From contig CAIRJF010000018.1 of the NCBI GenBank assembly GCA_903878805.1, forward strand, positions 19,276-83,275: a stretch of 64,000 nt of DNA, given 5' to 3'. The notes beneath the pieces are model-generated. The model did not search any database. It saw only the letters and a list, made by a program, of their open reading frames with translations, and was not told the DNA's origin. This DNA is from an uncultured Verrucomicrobia subdivision 3 bacterium. GTDB lineage: Bacteria; Verrucomicrobiota; Verrucomicrobiia; Limisphaerales; UBA11358. This document shows, piece after piece, positions 57,428 to 64,000 of this stretch. Positions within the stretch are counted from its first letter, which is position 1. Each line of letters starts with the position of its first letter. The position numbers were made by a program, and so were the translations under genes.

Positions 57428-57726
57428 AATAACTAAAGTTTTTTTCAGCAACTTTTTGAAGTCAGCGAGCCATCAATCCTGTCCCTGCTGGGAATCAGTT
57501 ATCGGTTCACAAACAATGCTGTCCTGACAACCTTTCGGGCGTCGAGGAGCGGTGAAATTATCAAATGCCGGATTCATTGCAATACTTTTTTCAAAATATT
57601 TTAGGTTAAGTAAAAATAAAAATCTTCGCTTTTGAAAATCTGCGTTTCATCTGTATTAATCTGCGGCTGAAAAATTCTTCCCGCCTCCAGCATTGCCCGC
57701 CGCGCGCATTCCGATAAATTGTCTGC

Positions 57727-59250
57727 GTGAAATCCAAAGGCACAGTTTACTTGGTGGGCGCGGGTCCCGGCGACGCGGGCTTGCTCACGTTGCGTGGTGC
57801 GGAATTACTTCGCCAGGCAGAGGTTGTCATCAGCGATGTGTTGGTAAATCCCGAATTACTCCGACTCGCGCCAGCGTCCGCCGAAATCATCGCGCGTGGC
57901 AACCACAAACGCGACGGCGGGCTTTCGCAGGAACAACTCACCGAACTCATGCTCGCCCGCGCGCGCGAAGGAAAAATTGTCGTGCGCTTGAAAGGCGGCG
58001 ATCCATTTATTTTTGGTCGCGGCGGCGAAGAAGCCGAAGCGCTCGTCGCCGAAAAAATTTCTTTCGAAGTTGTGCCCGGCGTTTCATCCGTTGTCGCGGC
58101 GGCGAACTACGCGGGCATTCCGCTCACGCATCGCGAACATTGCTCCAGCTTTACCGTTTTCACCGGCCACAGCGACACCGCCGACGCACCCACGGCGCTG
58201 CGTTACGAGCAGATCGCCAAAATCCCCGGCACCAAAGTTGTGTTGATGGGCATGGACAATCTCGCCGACTGGACGAAGTCGCTCATCGCGCACGGGATGA
58301 ATCCGGAAACGCCCGTAGCTGTCGTTCATCGCGGCACCACGGGTCGGCAAAAATCTGTCGCCGGCACGCTCTCGACGATTGCGAAGCTCGCGGAGAAAGA
58401 AAAAATCTCACCGCCGGCTATCACCATTCTCGGCGATGTCGTGAAGCTGCGCGGAAAATTAAATTGGTTTGAAAATCTTCCTTTGTTCGGAAAGAAAATT
58501 GTCGTCACGCGTCGCCCGGAACAAGCGGGAACATTCGCGCAACGTCTCGCCAATCTCGGCGCGGATGTGCTCGAAGTGCCGACCATCAAAATCACCGAGC
58601 CGCTGGAAAAAATGGCCATCGTGGACGCGCTGCTCGAAATCAATTCCTACGACTGGCTCATCTTCACCAGCGCGAACGGCGTGACTGCGTTCTTCGATAT
58701 GTTCTTCAAGCGCTTTCAGGATTTGCGCGACATCGGCGGCGCGCGCATCGCGGCGGTCGGCCCGAAGACGGCGGCGAAATTGCGCGAGTTGCATTTGCAA
58801 GTGGACTTGCAGCCGGAAGAATACGTCGGCAAAAAAATCGTCGCCGAGTTCAAAAAATTTCAGGACATCGACAACGTCAAGATGTGTCTCTTCCGCGCCG
58901 AGGTGGCGAATAAAGATTTGCCCGACGCGCTGATGGAAGAAGGTGCGATCGTCGATGACATCGCGGTTTACCGCACCGTGGCTGAGACCGAAGACCGCAC
59001 CGGCGCGACGGCGCGGCTCGCTGAAGAAGGCGCGGACTGGGTAACTTTTACGAGCAGTTCAACGGTGGAACATTTCCACGCGCGGTTTGATTTGCCGAAA
59101 TTGGTGAAACAGTTTCCGCAACTCAAACTCGCCTCCATCGGCCCGGAAACCAGCAAAGCCATCGCCGCGCTCGGCCTCAAGCCGACGCTCGAAGCGAAGG
59201 AACACACGACTGACGGCTTGATTGCGGCGCTACTCAAAGCTGTGAAATAA
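57727..59250 (+). CDS. cobA: bifunctional uroporphyrinogen-III C-methyltransferase / uroporphyrinogen-III synthase (CobA-HemD fusion)
   Basis: N-terminal SUMT (VYLVGAGPGDAGLLTLRG..., RLKGGDPFIFGRGGEE, VVPGVSS) fused to a ~250-aa HemD-like C-terminal half. Confidence 0.9.
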   Translation: MKSKGTVYLVGAGPGDAGLLTLRGAELLRQAEVVISDVLVNPELLRLAPASAEIIARGNHKRDGGLSQEQLTELMLARAREGKIVVRLKGGDPFIFGRGGEEAEALVAEKISFEVVPGVSSVVAAANYAGIPLTHREHCSSFTVFTGHSDTADAPTALRYEQIAKIPGTKVVLMGMDNLADWTKSLIAHGMNPETPVAVVHRGTTGRQKSVAGTLSTIAKLAEKEKISPPAITILGDVVKLRGKLNWFENLPLFGKKIVVTRRPEQAGTFAQRLANLGADVLEVPTIKITEPLEKMAIVDALLEINSYDWLIFTSANGVTAFFDMFFKRFQDLRDIGGARIAAVGPKTAAKLRELHLQVDLQPEEYVGKKIVAEFKKFQDIDNVKMCLFRAEVANKDLPDALMEEGAIVDDIAVYRTVAETEDRTGATARLAEEGADWVTFTSSSTVEHFHARFDLPKLVKQFPQLKLASIGPETSKAIAALGLKPTLEAKEHTTDGLIAALLKAVK

Positions 59251-59255
59251 AAAAA

Positions 59256-59289
59256 CTGCCGGACGAACTATTTTTCATCCGGCAGTTTC
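59256..59289. terminator. bidirectional terminator between cobA-hemD and ppnP
   Basis: ctgccgga (59256-59263) pairs with tccggcag (59278-59285), flanked by an A-run upstream and ttt downstream. Confidence 0.6.
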
Positions 59290-59306
59290 GTTGAATTGTT
59301 TTAGTT

Positions 59307-59585
59307 TCAGCGTTTGTAGTAGCAGAGATAGGCGACATCGCCCGCCGCTTCGACTTCAAACTTCACGCCTTTCGGCACGATGAAGAATTGACCCGCGCCG
59401 TAGCTCGCCCATTCGCCGCCGGGCAATTTCGCCTTGAGCGTGCCCGCCACGACGTGCATGTGTTCGATGCAATCGGTGCCGAAGCTGTATTTGCCGGGTT
59501 CAATCACGCCCACGGTCGCCGGGCCGTCGGTGGTGCCGATGGCGAGACTCTGGACTTTGCCTTCAAAATAGGAATTGTGTTTCAT
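59307..59585 (-). CDS. ppnP: pyrimidine/purine nucleoside phosphorylase PpnP (DUF1255/UPF0345)
   Basis: 92 aa with YFEGKVQSL...GVIEPGKYSFGT...E.M.VV.G.L...LPG..W.....G..F.VP, a cupin-like PpnP pattern. Confidence 0.85.
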   Translation of the reverse strand: MKHNSYFEGKVQSLAIGTTDGPATVGVIEPGKYSFGTDCIEHMHVVAGTLKAKLPGGEWASYGAGQFFIVPKGVKFEVEAAGDVAYLCYYKR

Positions 59586-59598
59586 GCGCGCGTTTTAA

Positions 59599-62028
<2,430 letters not shown>

Positions 62029-62086
62029 TTTAACCGCTGACGAAGGCAGATTGACGCTGATAAATTTCCATCGCACATTATCCGCC

Positions 62087-63244
62087 ATGGCGAGCCGAAA
62101 GAACATTTCATATAAAAAATCTGGGAAGCAAATTCGCGTAGTGCGCAGTAAATCCAAGCCGCAAACGGACGCATTGCACGAAGATTCACCGCCTTATGTT
62201 GTCGGGTCGGTTACCCCCGAAACAAATGGCAATGGTTCGCACCATTATCTTGCTCCAAACGATGTTTATCTTGGAGACAACCGCACGATCATGCGGAAAA
62301 TAAAACCCGCAAGCGTCGCTTTGAGTTTTTGGTCACCACCATATTTCGTCGGTAAGGAGTATGAAAAGGATGTGACATTTCAGGATTGGCAAGAAATGTT
62401 GCGTGAAGTGATTGAGTGCCACGCCCAAGTATTGATTCCGGGTGGATTCATGGTGATAAACATCGCCAACATCCTCTGTTTTGCTGACCCGACGATGCCA
62501 AAAATTCAAGCTCCGAATATTCGGTTACATCGTTCGCCGATTTCCAGAGAACAAGTTTTGGAAGCTAAGTTACAATTTCCAAATTTCAGCCGTTACGAAC
62601 TTGCGGCCTATCTCGGTTGTAGCGAACAAACTGTTGACCGGCGGCTCAATGGAAACAACATTCGAGGCGGCAAATATAACGACCAAACACGGGTAAAAGT
62701 AGTTGGTGGATTTTTGGAAGAATTCTGCCTGGCTTCCGGGCTTTATCTTTACGACCACCGAATTTGGATGAAAGACCCAACTTGGGCAAACAGCCAGTGG
62801 CATTCTTCATCGTATCGCGCCGTGAGCGAATTTGAAGACCTATATGTATTTTGGAAACCAGGCGAAACCGTTGTTGACCGGCATCGTTTAACTGACTCTG
62901 AATGGTCTGAATGGGGAAGCCGTGGCGTTTGGCAAATTCGCAGCGTTCACAAGAATGACGATCATCCAGCAAAATTTCCGCAGATGCTCGCGAAGCGGAT
63001 TATTCGTCTTTTTTCCGAAGAAGAAAGCGTTGTGCTTGACCCATTCCTCGGCAGTGGGACAACAGCTATTGCAGCGATTCAGACAGGATGACAATATATC
63101 GGAATTGAAAAAGAGAAGCGCTATTTAGATATCGCCAAAAAAAACATTGAGGAAGCAAACTCCGTTCTTATCAAGACTGATTTCAAACCAGTGGAATTGT
63201 TTCAACACGCCAAGGTTCAATCTGCCTTAAAATTTCAAAGCTAA
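62087..63244 (+). pseudogene. beta-class N4/N6 DNA methyltransferase (SPPY type, probably m4C), interrupted by an in-frame TGA at 63089-63091
   Basis: Motif IV FWSPPYFVGKEY lies N-terminal to motif I VVLDPFLGSGTTAIAAIQTG. After the TGA the same frame continues QYIGIEKEKRYLDIAKKNIEEAN... to TAA at 63242-63244, matching the usual G-R-x-x-IGIE continuation. ATG 62087 preferred over TTG 62051. Confidence 0.8.
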
Positions 63245-63578
63245 TTCGCGCCCGTTTTTTTGTTTTTGACTTCTTTTTGTCATCTTTGCCCGGATAAAAA
63301 AGCTCCGGGTATTTTGCAAGATAGCCAGGATTTTCAGAAAGTAGCAATCCGTTTGGCAGTGTGACGATTGTGATTCTCTGCAAAGGTTGGCCCATTTGAT
63401 TTTTACCGGTTAGTGAAAGCATCTGATAAACGGGTTTGATGAAAAAACTAACTGTCGGCGCAACGTTGTAATCGCTCAAAACATAAAGCGGCGGAAGAGC
63501 GCAATAAAATGGGTGCTTAGATCTTTTGCCGCGGGCGGTTATGAACATCTTCGTATGAGCTTGCTGTTTTATGTTCAT
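63183..63578 (-). CDS. hypothetical protein (131 aa), orphan ORF convergent with the methyltransferase
   Basis: ORF with low-GC composition like the methylase and a basic C-terminal tract (KDDKKKSKTKKRAR). No family recognised. Confidence 0.45.
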   Translation of the reverse strand: MNIKQQAHTKMFITARGKRSKHPFYCALPPLYVLSDYNVAPTVSFFIKPVYQMLSLTGKNQMGQPLQRITIVTLPNGLLLSENPGYLAKYPELFYPGKDDKKKSKTKKRARISFEILRQIEPWRVETIPLV

Positions 63579-63707
63579 GTTAGTTTTGATGTTTTACGGT
63601 TGTTTGTTAGCAGAGGAATGCCATACCCCTCTACTAATGAATACGTAGGAAAAAGGTGAATCTGTCAAAAAAAGTGAAAAAACTTCATTTTTTCTGCTTA
63701 AAGCGCT

Positions 63708-63938
63708 CGCCGGACGACTTTCAGTGGCTAAAACGAGACAGTTAATGCCCGCCGGACGACTGACAGCGGTCATCGGGAGACTTTAAAGAGTCAAAACGGC
63801 ACAGACGATAGCCGTCGGGAGACTGACAGCGTCCGTCGGGAGACTGACGCTGCCCAAAACAGAACCGCCGATGTTCGTCGGACGAGTGACAGCGTTCGTC
63901 GGGCGACCGGCAGAGTGCGTGGGGACGTTTGCTTAATC
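63708..63938. repeat. iteron-like array: eight ~21-bp sites (consensus CGTCGGGAGACTGACAGCGT) in exact 21-bp phase, organised as ~3.5 copies of a 63-bp unit
   Basis: Site starts at 63708, 63750, 63771, 63813, 63834, 63876, 63897 and 63918 (spacings 42, 21, 42, 21, 42, 21, 21). The skipped slots carry a second motif (c/t)aaaac(g/a)g.ac at 63-bp intervals (63730, 63793, 63856). Confidence 0.85.
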
Positions 63939-64000
63939 CAACCGTTTACGGAATTCGCGGCACGCGGCGGTGATATCCGGCGCGTTGAGGATGGCGGACA
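63933..64000 (-). CDS. 3' end of an unidentified minus-strand gene (partial)
   Basis: Minus strand reads ...SAILNAPDITAACREFRKRLD then TAA (63933-63935). GC-rich like the core genome. The body lies outside the window. Confidence 0.5.
   Translation of the reverse strand, partial: SAILNAPDITAACREFRKRLD

Larger units (their letters stand above)
62029..63932. other. low-GC islet between ligA and the next core gene (degenerate restriction-modification-like module plus repeat array)
   Basis: Composition is visibly AT-richer than the flanking core genes. Contents are the methyltransferase, the orphan ORF and the iteron-like array. Confidence 0.45.

Noticed and set aside
57600-57726. Cobalamin or other riboswitch upstream of cobA-hemD
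   Set aside because: No B12-box-like core (for example GCCACTG) or extended conserved helices are visible, and the leader is short and AT-rich.
63089-63091. TGA recoding (alternative genetic code or selenocysteine) to explain the in-frame TGA, and likewise TAA at 2416
   Set aside because: TGA and TAA terminate many well-conserved genes in this window at the expected positions, for example rplN (TGA at 53930-53932), the antitoxin (TGA at 3394-3396) and nuoA (TAA at 19-21). The expected residue at 63089 is Arg, not Sec, Gly or Trp. I saw no obvious SECIS-like hairpin immediately downstream.
63708-63938. CRISPR array
   Set aside because: The repeats are only ~21 bp, degenerate and frequently directly adjacent. 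The intervening slots are 21 bp and themselves conserved. No cas genes or leader are present. This does not fit CRISPR architecture.

Overview
This 64-kb chromosomal segment most likely comes from a PVC-superphylum bacterium, probably Verrucomicrobiota. That assignment is an inference from gene content: a DUF1800/DUF1501 pair, a fused LpxC-FabZ, a PVC-type small basic protein and a propeller-type sensor kinase. Most of the window is core housekeeping. It holds nuoA, lnt, a UvrD-type helicase, lpxA/lpxC-fabZ, dxr-cdsA, a two-component pair, rpsB-tsf, aminotransferase, hrpB, folD, rluB, an rfb (rhamnose) cluster and clpC. A long minus-strand ribosomal block runs rplB to rplQ and includes secY, map, infA and rpoA; cobA-hemD and ligA follow it. 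I found no tRNA, rRNA, CRISPR array, transposase or integrase. No complete, obviously novel multi-gene system is visible. The items most worth a second look are these:
(1) A low-GC islet after ligA carries a nonsense-disrupted beta-class (SPPY) DNA methyltransferase, an orphan 131-aa ORF and an 8-site iteron-like array in strict 21-bp phase with a 63-bp super-period.
(2) A translationally coupled operon encodes a giant multidomain DUF1800 fusion, a DUF1501 protein and a pseudopilin-like membrane protein.
(3) Three independent reading-frame disruptions occur in otherwise intact genes: TAA in lnt, a +1 frameshift in the giant protein, and TGA in the methylase.
(4) The rhamnose cluster appears to use a eukaryote/virus-type bifunctional NRS/ER-like enzyme and has no rfbC.
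(5) A MITE-like repeat structure fills the pfpI/lnt intergenic region.
(6) The S10 operon is broken directly upstream of rplB.
(7) A 51-aa gene lies below the ORF-track cutoff.
All calls rest on reading the translations and the DNA by eye; no database searches were run.
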